NCBI GenBank assembly: GCA_963660615.1
Contig: CAVKYE010000004.1
Span: 11,465 to 75,464 of the forward strand
Source: Vescimonas coprocola
GTDB taxonomy: Bacteria > Bacillota_I > Bacilli_A > RF39 > UBA660
DNA: 64,000 nucleotides
Reading direction: 5' to 3'
Part shown: positions 50,886-60,640 of the stretch, piece after piece
Numbering within the stretch: the first letter of the stretch is position 1
Layout: each line of letters opens with the position of its first letter
Position numbers and translations under genes: made by a program
Notes under the pieces: model-generated
The model's database searches: none
What the model saw: only the letters and a program-made list of their open reading frames with translations
What the model was told of the DNA's origin: nothing

Positions 50886-51413
50886 ATGAAAAAAATAACA
50901 ATAACACTTATCATAATAAGCATATTTTACCTATCAATATCAAACATCCTAGCCGAAAACCTCACCACTCCAGAAGACGCCATCAGAATAAGAGTAGTCC
51001 CAAACAGTAATGAAGAAAACGACCAAAAAATAAAATCAACCGTCAAAGATAAGCTATCAGTAGAAATGTATAACCTCTTAAAAGACGCCAAAACAAGCCA
51101 AAACGCCAGAGAAATAATTGAACAAAACCTAGAAGAAATAAAAGCATCAGTATCCAAAACCCTAGAAAAAGAAAACTATAACAAAGATTTCAAGGTAAAC
51201 TTCGGATACAACTATTTTCCAGAAAAAAAATACAAAGGCGTAACCTATGAGGAAGGCTACTACGAATCACTACTCGTAACCCTAGGCGAAGGAAAAGGAG
51301 ATAATTGGTGGTGCGTCTTATTCCCACCCCTCTGCCTAGTAGAAGCCGACGAAAGCCAAAAAGACGTCGAATACAAATCATTAATAAAAGAAATACTAGA
51401 CAAATATTTATAG
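50886..51413 (+). CDS. spoIIR: stage II sporulation protein R
   Basis: 175 aa; signal peptide, IRIRVVPNSNEENDQKIK, GDNWWCVLFPPLC. Confidence 0.85.
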   Translation: MKKITITLIIISIFYLSISNILAENLTTPEDAIRIRVVPNSNEENDQKIKSTVKDKLSVEMYNLLKDAKTSQNAREIIEQNLEEIKASVSKTLEKENYNKDFKVNFGYNYFPEKKYKGVTYEEGYYESLLVTLGEGKGDNWWCVLFPPLCLVEADESQKDVEYKSLIKEILDKYL

Positions 51414-51458
51414 TAATAACAAAAAATAAAACCAATAAAATTCTAATAGGAGGCACCT

Positions 51459-51992
51459 ATGGAATTTTTTTTAATACTAATACTAGCAGTAAGCTTAAGC
51501 ATGGACGCATTTTCCTTATCATTAGCCTACGGAACCCTAGGAATAAAGAAAAACCACATATATGCCCTATCAATAATCACCGGAACATTTCACTTCATAA
51601 TGCCCTTATTAGGCTACATAATAGGTTCAAATATAATATCAATCCTAAAAATAAACACCAGCCTAATAACCTCAGCAGTCCTAATGATAATAGGAATTCA
51701 AATGATAATAGAAACCTTCAAAGAAGAAGAAATAAAATCCTTAAAAATACCCCAATATTTTCTCTTCGCCTTAGCAGTAAGCCTAGATAGCTTCACCATC
51801 GGCCTAACCCTCGACGAATTTAGTCAAAATATCACCATATCAGCCATAATATTCGCAATAACATCCGCAATATTTACTTTTATAGGCTTATCATTAGGTA
51901 ACAAAATAGAAAAATTAATAGGCAAAATCGCCACCATCACAGGAGGTATAATTTTAATCTTAATCGGCACAATATTCACTATAAATATGTAA
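51459..51992 (+). CDS. MntP/YtaF family (DUF204) membrane protein
   Basis: 177 aa; duplicated SMDAFS / SLDSFT motifs; 6 TM. Confidence 0.8.
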   Translation: MEFFLILILAVSLSMDAFSLSLAYGTLGIKKNHIYALSIITGTFHFIMPLLGYIIGSNIISILKINTSLITSAVLMIIGIQMIIETFKEEEIKSLKIPQYFLFALAVSLDSFTIGLTLDEFSQNITISAIIFAITSAIFTFIGLSLGNKIEKLIGKIATITGGIILILIGTIFTINM

Positions 51993-52228
51993 ATAAAATG
52001 TAAAGAAAAAACACTACTTAGTGTTTTTTTAAAATTTAAAAACCTCATCAAATATCGTAAAATCAAGAAAACCTTATAAATAAGTTCGTAAAACCGATTG
52101 AGATAATACAAATTTTATAAAAACATTTAAAAACAAACAAAAAAGGTGTATAATATGTTTCAGAATTTAATCAAAAGGGTTAAACACCATTTTAGGTTAA
52201 TAACATAATGTATAGTGAGAGTGATAGA

Positions 52229-53479
52229 ATGGAAATATTAAAAATAAAAGGTGGCAAAACCTTAAGTGGAACCATAGAAATAGGCGGAGCCAAAAATAGC
52301 GCAGTCGCCCTAGTACCAGCCGCAATATTATCAGACCATGTTGTTATCGAAAACGTTCCAGAAATATCTGATGTAAGAGCCTTAGAAGAAATAATCAATT
52401 ACTTAGGCGGAGAATATTATAAAGAAGGAAAAAAAGTAACCATCAATGCAAAAAAACTAAGAAACACACCCATAACCGCCGAACACTGCAAAAAACTAAG
52501 AGCATCATATTACTTTATGGGAGCCTTATTAGGAAGGTACAAAAAAGCCGAAATGTATTTTCCAGGAGGATGCACCATCGGCAAAAGACCAATCGATTTT
52601 CACCTAAAAGCCTTCGAAAAACTAGGAGCCAAAGTAACAATCGACGGTGATAAATATACAATCAAGGCAGATAAACTAAAAGGAGCAGAAATAACCTTCC
52701 CATTTGCCAGCGTAGGAGCCACCATAAATGTCCTACTAGCCGCCACCAAAGCCGAAGGAATAACAAAAATAAACAACGCCGCCAAAGAACCAGAAGTCGC
52801 AAACGTAATCGACCTATTAAATAGTATGGGGGCTAAAATAAGTGGTAAAGACACAAACACAATAACCATCGAAGGCGTAAAAAAACTAACCGGAGGAATT
52901 GTAAAAGTAATACCAGACCGCATAGAAGCTGGAACATATATAATCTTAGGAGCCATGGTTGGAAAAAATCTTGTAATAGATAAAATAAACAAAAACCACC
53001 TAACAAGCCTTTTAGAAACCCTAAAAGAAATGAACGTTCCATTAAAAATAGAAAAAGACAAAATAACCGTCAGTAAAAAAGAAACCCTAAATAAAGTAAA
53101 AGTAAAAACCGAAGTATACCCAGGTTTTCCAACCGACCTTCAGCAACCCCTAACACCACTTTTAACCAAAGCCCAAGGTGAAAGCCAAATAGAAGAAACA
53201 ATATACGAAAATAGATTCAAAAACGTAAAATACCTAAATCAAATGGGAGCAAACATCAAAGAAGAAGAAACAAAAATAATCATCAAAGGAAAAACAACCT
53301 TCCATAATGAAAAAGTAAAAGCAACAGACCTAAGAGCAGGAGCCTCATTAATCATCGCCGCCTTAGAAGCCGAAGGAGAAACCACCATCGAAGATGTAAA
53401 ATATGTCCTAAGAGGATACGAAAACATCATCAAAAAACTTACCCAAGTAGGAGCCGAAATAAGCCTAGAATACGTATAA
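52229..53479 (+). CDS. murA: UDP-N-acetylglucosamine 1-carboxyvinyltransferase
   Basis: Trimmed to ATG at 52229; MEILKIKGGKTLSGTIEIGGAKNSAVAL; PGGCTIGKRPID active-site Cys. Confidence 0.96.
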   Translation: MEILKIKGGKTLSGTIEIGGAKNSAVALVPAAILSDHVVIENVPEISDVRALEEIINYLGGEYYKEGKKVTINAKKLRNTPITAEHCKKLRASYYFMGALLGRYKKAEMYFPGGCTIGKRPIDFHLKAFEKLGAKVTIDGDKYTIKADKLKGAEITFPFASVGATINVLLAATKAEGITKINNAAKEPEVANVIDLLNSMGAKISGKDTNTITIEGVKKLTGGIVKVIPDRIEAGTYIILGAMVGKNLVIDKINKNHLTSLLETLKEMNVPLKIEKDKITVSKKETLNKVKVKTEVYPGFPTDLQQPLTPLLTKAQGESQIEETIYENRFKNVKYLNQMGANIKEEETKIIIKGKTTFHNEKVKATDLRAGASLIIAALEAEGETTIEDVKYVLRGYENIIKKLTQVGAEISLEYV

Positions 53480-53538
53480 AAATCATAAAATAAAATATAA
53501 TTAAGTAGACTAAATGTCTACTTTTTATGAGGTGAAGT

Positions 53539-54216
53539 ATGAAAAAAATATTAGTCTTCGGCCTAATTATACTAGCAGTCTTTCTTATCTACCTATGCAA
53601 TCTAGATAAAAAAGTTTACTACCTAGCCCTAGGAGATAACCAAAATAACCAAAAAAGTTATAGCACACACATAAAAGACTATTTAAAAAAACAAAAACTC
53701 CTAGAAACATACGTAAAAACAAAAAACACATATCGCACCACCGATTTAATAAACAAAATCAAACAAAACAAAAAAATAAACCACAACAAAAAAGAAATAA
53801 CCATGCAAAATGCCCTAATAAAAGCTGACCTCGTAACCCTATCAATAGAAAACAAAGACATAATAGAAAAAATAGAAAAAAATGACATTACAAACAAAAC
53901 ATATAACTACATAGATGACCTTACAAAAGATCTAGACAAACTTCTTTCACTAACAAGAGAATATTGCAAAGAAGATATAATCATGACAGGCTACTATAAT
54001 CCTTATCCAAAAAACAAACAAAGCGAAAAAATAATAAACTATCTAAACAAAAAATATAAAGAAACCTCAAAAAAATACAACGTTATATATGTAGAAATAG
54101 ATACACTTTTCAAAGAAAACCCCGCATTCATAAATGATAAATCAACCAAAGACTCATCCAAAGCCATATCAGGAGAAATAATTGGTAGAATAAATAAAAC
54201 CTTACTAAAGTCTTGA
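53539..54216 (+). CDS. membrane-anchored SGNH/GDSL-like protein with substituted catalytic blocks
   Basis: 225 aa. N-terminal TM; YYLALGDNQ (block I with Asn for Ser), LVTLSIENKD (block II), TGYYNPY (block III); no DxxH block found. Confidence 0.5.
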   Translation: MKKILVFGLIILAVFLIYLCNLDKKVYYLALGDNQNNQKSYSTHIKDYLKKQKLLETYVKTKNTYRTTDLINKIKQNKKINHNKKEITMQNALIKADLVTLSIENKDIIEKIEKNDITNKTYNYIDDLTKDLDKLLSLTREYCKEDIIMTGYYNPYPKNKQSEKIINYLNKKYKETSKKYNVIYVEIDTLFKENPAFINDKSTKDSSKAISGEIIGRINKTLLKS

Positions 54217-54297
54217 TTTTTACAACATAATTTGTTACAATAACAAAGTATTAAATTTCTATGGCAAAAAATTTGTCATGGCGGAAGGAGAGATATT

Positions 54298-54510
54298 ATG
54301 AAAAAAGGCATTCATCCAGAATACCAAGATACTAAAGTAATATGCGCTTGCGGAAACACTTTTACCGTAAAATCAAACAAAGCAGAATTACACTTAGAAG
54401 TATGTGATAAATGTCATCCATTCTTTACTGGAAAACAAGGAGCAACCAAAAAAGCTGGTCGTGTTGAGAAGTTTAACAAAAAATATGGATTTGATAAGAA
54501 AGAAGCGTAA
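54298..54510 (+). CDS. rpmE: 50S ribosomal protein L31 (Cys-containing type)
   Basis: 70 aa; [13 protein letters not shown]...[10 protein letters not shown]. Confidence 0.97.
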   Translation: MKKGIHPEYQDTKVICACGNTFTVKSNKAELHLEVCDKCHPFFTGKQGATKKAGRVEKFNKKYGFDKKEA

Positions 54511-54514
54511 AACC

Positions 54515-54544
54515 AATAACTCAGTTTCAAAACTGAGTTATTTT
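54515..54544 (+). terminator. rho-independent terminator of rpmE
   Basis: aataactcagtt / aactgagttatt perfect 12-bp stem, loop tcaa, then tt. Confidence 0.8.
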
Positions 54545-54652
54545 CATAAACCAAAAAACGACAAAAAAAAATAATCTATTTAATATCCATAGATTTATAA
54601 CGAACTTTATGGTAAAATGGTAATAGTGTATTTATAGAAAATGGTGGTATAA

Positions 54653-55438
54653 ATGGGAAAAATAATAGCATTAGTAAATCAAAAAGGTGGAGTAGGAAAA
54701 ACAACAACAAGCATCAATCTATCAGCATCCCTAGGAACCCTAGGCAAAAAAGTATTGCTAATAGACCTAGACCCACAAGGTAACAGTACCACAGGACTAG
54801 GAATCGAAAAAGGCGACATAAAAAGTAGTATCTATGACCTTTTAACCGACAAAGCCGAACTAAAAGATGTAATAAAGAAAACAAAATTTAGAAACCTTTA
54901 CATCATCCCCGCAACAATAAGCCTAGCCGGAGCAGACATCGAACTAATGGAAAGAAGTAGAATGGATCCAACATTCACAAAAAACAGTCAACTAAAAAAA
55001 CATCTAGAACTCGCAAGCCCAATGTTTGACTACATCCTAATAGACTGCCCACCATCACTAGGCATTCTAACCACCAACGCCCTAACCGCTGCTAACTCAG
55101 TAATAATTCCCGTACAGTGTGAATTTTTCGCTCTAGAAGGAATAATGCAACTATTAAACTCAATCATGTTAGCCCAAAAAACCCTAAATCCATCATTAGA
55201 CATCGAAGGCGTATTACTAACAATGTTAGATAATAGAACAAACCTTGGATTAGAAGTAGTACAAGACATAAAAAGCTATTTCAAAGAAAGAGTATATGAT
55301 ACCATAATTCCAAGACTAGTAAGACTATCAGAAGCCCCAAGTCATGGAAAACCAATAATTGCTTATGACCCAAAAAGTAGAGGAGCTGAAGCATACTTAA
55401 ACTTAGCCAAAGAGGTGATGAATAGAAATGGAAAATAA
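54653..55438 (+). CDS. parA: chromosome partitioning ATPase ParA/Soj
   Basis: 261 aa; NQKGGVGKTTT deviant Walker A. Confidence 0.96.
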   Translation: MGKIIALVNQKGGVGKTTTSINLSASLGTLGKKVLLIDLDPQGNSTTGLGIEKGDIKSSIYDLLTDKAELKDVIKKTKFRNLYIIPATISLAGADIELMERSRMDPTFTKNSQLKKHLELASPMFDYILIDCPPSLGILTTNALTAANSVIIPVQCEFFALEGIMQLLNSIMLAQKTLNPSLDIEGVLLTMLDNRTNLGLEVVQDIKSYFKERVYDTIIPRLVRLSEAPSHGKPIIAYDPKSRGAEAYLNLAKEVMNRNGK

Positions 55439-56306
55439 AAAAAGAGCCCTAGGTAAAGGCCTAGAACAATTATTTGATTTAGAAAACTTAAACGTCGACA
55501 ACGTAAGTAATTTTGAAAAACAAATATACGAAGAAACAAAAGGCGAAGAAATAATCGAACTTAATGTAGATGAAATAAGACCAAACCCATATCAACCAAG
55601 ACACATATTCAACGAAGAAGCCCTAAAGGATCTAGCAAATTCCATCAAAGAAAATGGCGTATTTCAACCAATAATCGTCAAAAAAAGCATAAAAGGATAT
55701 GAACTAATAGCCGGAGAAAGAAGACTAAGAGCAAGTAAAATGGCTGGAAAAACAACAATACCTGCCATAATTCGCCAATTATCAGATGATAAAATGGCCG
55801 AAATAGCCCTTCTAGAAAACCTTCAAAGAGAAAACCTAAACGCCCTAGAAGAAGCCATGGCCTATAAAAGCCTAATAGATAAATTAGGCATAACCCAAGA
55901 AGAACTATCAAAAAAAGTCAGCAAAAGCCGTAGTCATATCACCAACATGATAGGATTACTTAGACTACCAAACGAAGTACAAGAAATGATAGCCGACAAA
56001 AAAATAACCATGGGTCATGCAAGAGCCCTAAGCAAACTAGAAAATGAAGAAGAAATAATAAATATGGCTAAAGACATAACAGAAAACAGCCTACCAGTCC
56101 GTGAAATAGAAAAAGCTTCAGAAAATTCAGCAAAAAAAATAGTCCAACACCGCATCAAACCAACAAACGAATATGCTTATGTTGAAGACTTAATAAGAGA
56201 AAAACTAGACACCAAAATAAAAATAAAAAATAATAAAATAGAAATATCCTTCACCAACACAGCCGATTTAAACCGTATATTAGAAATATTAAATATAAAG
56301 GAATGA
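55428..56306 (+). CDS. parB: chromosome partitioning protein ParB/Spo0J
   Basis: 292 aa; RPNPYQPR, LIAGERRLRAS, SRSHITNMIGLLRLP, GHARAL. Confidence 0.96.
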   Translation: MENKKRALGKGLEQLFDLENLNVDNVSNFEKQIYEETKGEEIIELNVDEIRPNPYQPRHIFNEEALKDLANSIKENGVFQPIIVKKSIKGYELIAGERRLRASKMAGKTTIPAIIRQLSDDKMAEIALLENLQRENLNALEEAMAYKSLIDKLGITQEELSKKVSKSRSHITNMIGLLRLPNEVQEMIADKKITMGHARALSKLENEEEIINMAKDITENSLPVREIEKASENSAKKIVQHRIKPTNEYAYVEDLIREKLDTKIKIKNNKIEISFTNTADLNRILEILNIKE

Positions 56307-56310
56307 TAAA

Positions 56311-57105
56311 ATGATAGAAAAACTATTAACCAAAGAAATCATAGCCCCAATATTTATAGTCATAATTGCCATCCTTACATACATATTAATCAAACAAATT
56401 ATAATGAAAATGTTTAAGGCAAGCAAAAAATATGGGATACATAAAAAATCACTCACAATAATTAACCTAATTACAAATATAATAAAATACATAATCATCA
56501 TAGTCGCAGTTTTATCAGTCCTAAATATTTGGGGAGTCGATACCAAAGCTCTAGTCGCATCACTTGGAATTGTCGGAGTTGTAGCTGGACTTGCCATGCA
56601 AGACATATTAAAGGATTTCCTAGCTGGATTTTCAATAATCGTTGACAACGAATACGACGTAGGTGACAACATAAAAATAGGTACATTCAGAGGAGATGTC
56701 ATCGAACTTGGAATGAAAAACACCAAAGTAAGAGCCTACAGTGGAGAAGTATTAACAATTTCCAATAGAAATATAAACGAAGTAATCAACTATAGTACCC
56801 AATCATCAAGAAGTATAGTAGACGTAACCGTCGACTACACATGTGACCTAGAAGAAGTCGAAAAAGTCTTAAAAGAAGTATGCGAAACCTTAAGCAAAGA
56901 AACCCCATACCTAACATCAGACGTCGAATTACTAGGAATTCAAGAACTAGGAGATAACGCTGTAATATATCGACTAATAGCCGACTGTGAACCAACCAAA
57001 GACATCCCATTTAATAGAGAAGTTCTAAGAGCCGTAAAAATAGCCTTCGACAAAAATGGCATTGAAATTCCTTATCCTCAGGTGGTGGTACACAGTGCAA
57101 AATAA
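56311..57105 (+). CDS. small-conductance mechanosensitive channel (MscS family)
   Basis: 264 aa; 3 TM then GDNIKIGTFRGDVIELGMKNTKVRAYSGEVLTISN. Confidence 0.88.
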   Translation: MIEKLLTKEIIAPIFIVIIAILTYILIKQIIMKMFKASKKYGIHKKSLTIINLITNIIKYIIIIVAVLSVLNIWGVDTKALVASLGIVGVVAGLAMQDILKDFLAGFSIIVDNEYDVGDNIKIGTFRGDVIELGMKNTKVRAYSGEVLTISNRNINEVINYSTQSSRSIVDVTVDYTCDLEEVEKVLKEVCETLSKETPYLTSDVELLGIQELGDNAVIYRLIADCEPTKDIPFNREVLRAVKIAFDKNGIEIPYPQVVVHSAK

Positions 57106-57280
57106 CTACAACATTGGAACAAAAGTAATAATGAAAAAACCACATCCATGTGGAACAAACTCATGGGAAATAGTAAGAATAGGAGCCGACATAAAAATAA
57201 AATGTCTAGGCTGTGGAAGAACCCTAATGTTGCCTCGAGTAGAATTCAACAAAAAACTCAAAAAAATAGTAGAGGAGTAG
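57095..57280 (+). CDS. DUF951 family protein
   Basis: Trimmed to GTG at 57095 (GGTGG upstream); KKPHPCGTNSWEIVRIGADIKIKCLGCGRTLMLPR. Confidence 0.8.
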   Translation: MQNNYNIGTKVIMKKPHPCGTNSWEIVRIGADIKIKCLGCGRTLMLPRVEFNKKLKKIVEE

Positions 57281-57284
57281 GAAA

Positions 57285-58799
57285 ATGAAAAAGAAAAAGA
57301 AAAATATATTATTAGGTCCAGTAATAACCATCATAATCATGATCCTAGTTATTACAATAATAAGTGCAATCTGTTCCGCATTTTCCGTCCAAGGAGAAAT
57401 AACAAGCGTTTCAAACGGCACCCTAGAAACCGAAACAACCACCGTAAAAAGTTTATTTTCTAGTGAAGGAATAAAATACATCTTTAGCTCACCAGTTCAA
57501 ACCTTCAAAACATTCCAGCCCCTAGTTTTACTAATAATCGCCCTAATGGCAATCTCAATCGGAAAAGCCAGCGGCCTATTCAAAGCAATATTCACAAGAT
57601 TCAGAAAATTAAAACCAGGATTTGTAACCTTCATAACCCTATTCGTTGGAATAATCTCATCATTTTTTGGGGAATACGGATACGTAGTACTAGTACCACT
57701 AACCGCCGTAATATATCAATATTTAGGTAGAAATTCAGTTTTAGGAATCCTAACATCATTCATCGGAATAACATTAGGCTATGGAGCCGGGCTAATCTTC
57801 AACTTCGACGATTACAGTCTAGGCTTACTAACCAAAGAAGCCGCCACCGTAAGTGTCGACAAAGACTATGTCTTCAACGCTTGGTCTAACTCATACATAA
57901 TGATAGCAAGTTCCTTTATCCTATCAATAATAGGAACAATAATAATAGAATCATTCCTAAGACCAAAAGTCAAAGAAGACATAAAAGAAGAAGCCGAATT
58001 CAACTACTCAAAAAAAGGCCTAATAATAAGCAACATAGCCTTCGTAATTCTAAGCTTATTCTTCATATATATGATAGTACCAGATCTTCCAGGCAGTGGA
58101 ATACTACTAGATATGGATAAAAAAGACTACGTCGCACAACTACTAGGAGGAGATGCACCATTCACAGATGCCTTCATCTTCATGCTACTAATTATGCTAA
58201 TGATATGTTCCGCAATCTATGGTTTCATCTCAAAAAATTTCAAAAACACCAACGAATTCAGTGTGGGCCTATCAAAAGAATTTGATAACCTAGGATACAT
58301 ATTTGTCCTAATGTTCTTCGTATCATTAATGGTAAGCATCCTAAACTTTACCAACCTAGGAGAAGTATTAGGATCATATCTAATATCATTTATGGATAAC
58401 CTAGAATTCACAGGAATACCATTAATCATAACAATGATGATAGTAATAATCCTAATGTCAATATTAATACCAGATTCAGTAACAAAATGGACAATTGCAT
58501 CCCCAATCCTAGTTCCACTATTTATGAAAGCCAACATAACCCCAGATTTTACCCAATTTATCTTTAAAGCCGCCGACAGTATAGGAAAAGGAATAACCCC
58601 ATTTTTCATATACTTCATAGTTATGTTAGCCTTCCTAGAAAAATATAATAGTAAAGAAAGCGTTAGAATAACTGTGTTTGGAACTTTGAAAACAATAATG
58701 CCAACCATACTACTATTTGCCGTAGTATTAGTACTTATCGTAATAGGATGGTTCATAATAGGCCTTCCAATAGGACCAGATACATACCCAACAATGTAA
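57285..58799 (+). CDS. AbgT family transporter
   Basis: 504 aa polytopic. VKSLFSSEGIKYIF...FQPLVLLIIALMAISIGKASGLF parallels E. coli AbgT VKNLLSVEGLHWFL...FAPLGAILALVLGAGLAERVGLL (from memory). Confidence 0.78.
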   Translation: MKKKKKNILLGPVITIIIMILVITIISAICSAFSVQGEITSVSNGTLETETTTVKSLFSSEGIKYIFSSPVQTFKTFQPLVLLIIALMAISIGKASGLFKAIFTRFRKLKPGFVTFITLFVGIISSFFGEYGYVVLVPLTAVIYQYLGRNSVLGILTSFIGITLGYGAGLIFNFDDYSLGLLTKEAATVSVDKDYVFNAWSNSYIMIASSFILSIIGTIIIESFLRPKVKEDIKEEAEFNYSKKGLIISNIAFVILSLFFIYMIVPDLPGSGILLDMDKKDYVAQLLGGDAPFTDAFIFMLLIMLMICSAIYGFISKNFKNTNEFSVGLSKEFDNLGYIFVLMFFVSLMVSILNFTNLGEVLGSYLISFMDNLEFTGIPLIITMMIVIILMSILIPDSVTKWTIASPILVPLFMKANITPDFTQFIFKAADSIGKGITPFFIYFIVMLAFLEKYNSKESVRITVFGTLKTIMPTILLFAVVLVLIVIGWFIIGLPIGPDTYPTM

Positions 58800-58819
58800 A
58801 AGAGCAAAAGCTCTTTTTT
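58798..58819 (+). terminator. rho-independent terminator
   Basis: aaaagagc aaaa gctctttt followed by tt. Confidence 0.7.
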
Positions 58820-58882
58820 GTTTTAAAATAGCCCTTTAAAAATAAACAAATATATAGTATAATACCATATAGGTGATGAAAA

Positions 58883-59977
58883 ATGAGTTTAACAGCAGGA
58901 ATCGTAGGATTACCAAACGTAGGTAAATCCACACTATTTAACGCCATAACAAAACAAAACATACTAGCGGCCAACTATCCATTCGCCACCATTGAACCAA
59001 ACGTTGGAATGGTAACCGTGCCAGATAAAAGAGTAGACTTTTTAGAAAAACTATACAACCCCAAAAAAACAATCCCAGCCACCTTTGAATTTACCGATAT
59101 AGCAGGTTTAGTAGAGGGAGCCTCAAAAGGAGAAGGACTAGGAAATAAATTCTTATCACATATAAGAGAAGTAGACGCCATCTGTGAGGTAGTAAGATGC
59201 TTCGATAACGAAAACGTAACCCACGTAAGTGGAGGAGTAGATCCAGTTAGAGACGTAGATATTATTAACCTAGAATTAATCTTATCAGACCTAGAAGTAA
59301 TCGAAACAAGACTAGAAAAAATAGGCAGAAAAGCCAAACTATCAAACGACAAAGAAACCAAAGAAGAAGTAAAAATTCTAGAAAAAGTAAAAGAAGCCTT
59401 AATAAACAATAACCCCGCAAGAAGTCTAGAATACACAGAAGAAGAACTAAAAACATTAAAAGCCTTCAACTTACTAACCATAAAACCAATAATCTACGTT
59501 GCAAACGTCAGTGAAGAAGAAATAAATATAGAAAACAAGTACGTAAAAAAACTAAAAGAATACGCCGGAAGTGATGCCGAAGTAGTCGTAATATGTGCTA
59601 AAATAGAAGCTGAACTATCAGAATTAGATGACGAAGACAAAAAAGAATTCCTAGAAGACCTAGGAATAGAAGAAAGTGGACTAGACAAACTAATAAAAAA
59701 ATCATATAGCCTTCTAGGACTATCAACCTTCCTAACAGGAGGAAAAGACGAAGTAAAAGCTTGGACTTTCAAAAACGGAATGAAAGCCCCACAATGTGCT
59801 GGAATAATCCATACAGACTTCGAAAAAGGATTCATAAAAGCCGAAGTAATGAGCTATAATGACCTAGAAAAATATGGAACCGAAGCCAAAGTAAAAGAAG
59901 CCGGCAAACTTAGATTAGAAGGAAAAGACTACATAATGCAAGATGGGGATATCTGTTACTTTAGATTCAATGTATAA
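58883..59977 (+). CDS. ychF: redox-regulated ATPase YchF
   Basis: 364 aa; GLPNVGKSTLFNA, C-terminal TGS region. Confidence 0.97.
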   Translation: MSLTAGIVGLPNVGKSTLFNAITKQNILAANYPFATIEPNVGMVTVPDKRVDFLEKLYNPKKTIPATFEFTDIAGLVEGASKGEGLGNKFLSHIREVDAICEVVRCFDNENVTHVSGGVDPVRDVDIINLELILSDLEVIETRLEKIGRKAKLSNDKETKEEVKILEKVKEALINNNPARSLEYTEEELKTLKAFNLLTIKPIIYVANVSEEEINIENKYVKKLKEYAGSDAEVVVICAKIEAELSELDDEDKKEFLEDLGIEESGLDKLIKKSYSLLGLSTFLTGGKDEVKAWTFKNGMKAPQCAGIIHTDFEKGFIKAEVMSYNDLEKYGTEAKVKEAGKLRLEGKDYIMQDGDICYFRFNV

Positions 59978-60020
59978 GAATAAAAAACAATTAAAAATAC
60001 ATAATAAAAAAGGTGATAAA

Positions 60021-60527
60021 ATGTATTATATTAATTGTTTTTTTATATACTCATTCCTAGGATTTATATTAGAAACCCTAATCACATTTATATTAGGATA
60101 TAACTACAATAGTGGATTTTTAAAAGGCCCCATAACCCCATTATATGGCATAGGAGCCATACTAGTTATAATAATATCAGATAAATGCTTCAAAAATCTC
60201 CACTTGCCAAGATGGATAGAAACAATAATAGTCTTCATCATAATAACAATCATCTTAAGCTTCCTAGAATACATAGGAGGAACACTAATAGAAATAATTT
60301 TCCACAAAGTATTTTGGGACTATAGCAATTACAAATTCAACATAGGCAAATACATTTGCCTAGAAATGAGTGCAGTATGGGGAATATTAAGCATAATATT
60401 TATATACCTAATAAAACCAATATTAGATAACACCATAATCTTAATACCAAAAAAAATAACATATATATTTTGTATAATCTTTATTCTAGATATAATATAT
60501 ACACTCATTACCGCAAATCCAAACTAA
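60021..60527 (+). CDS. polytopic membrane protein (putative ABC-transporter type IV / PF06541-like)
   Basis: Trimmed to ATG at 60021 (AAGGTGA upstream); FIYSFLGFILETL N-terminus typical of that family. Core-like A/C-ending codon usage. Confidence 0.65.
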   Translation: MYYINCFFIYSFLGFILETLITFILGYNYNSGFLKGPITPLYGIGAILVIIISDKCFKNLHLPRWIETIIVFIIITIILSFLEYIGGTLIEIIFHKVFWDYSNYKFNIGKYICLEMSAVWGILSIIFIYLIKPILDNTIILIPKKITYIFCIIFILDIIYTLITANPN

Positions 60528-60640
60528 AAACGTAAAATAACGACAAAAACGGCTGATTTAGGAAAAATATTACTTGTTTTTTTTTTTTTTTGTGATACTA
60601 TAGATTCGAAAAGGAGGAACAATTATGCACGAAGAATTCA
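60263..60640 (+). repeat. direct repeat copy A (3' 265 nt of 60021..60527 + intergenic region + RBS + first codons of 60625..61095)
   Basis: Aligned by eye to 61690..62062 (offset 1427). First about 205 nt identical, then increasingly diverged. Confidence 0.85.

Noticed and set aside
51305-51790. 161-aa plus-strand track ORF spanning the spoIIR/MntP-YtaF junction
   Set aside because: It gives an Arg/Asn/Lys/Pro-rich low-complexity translation out of frame with two well-supported genes.
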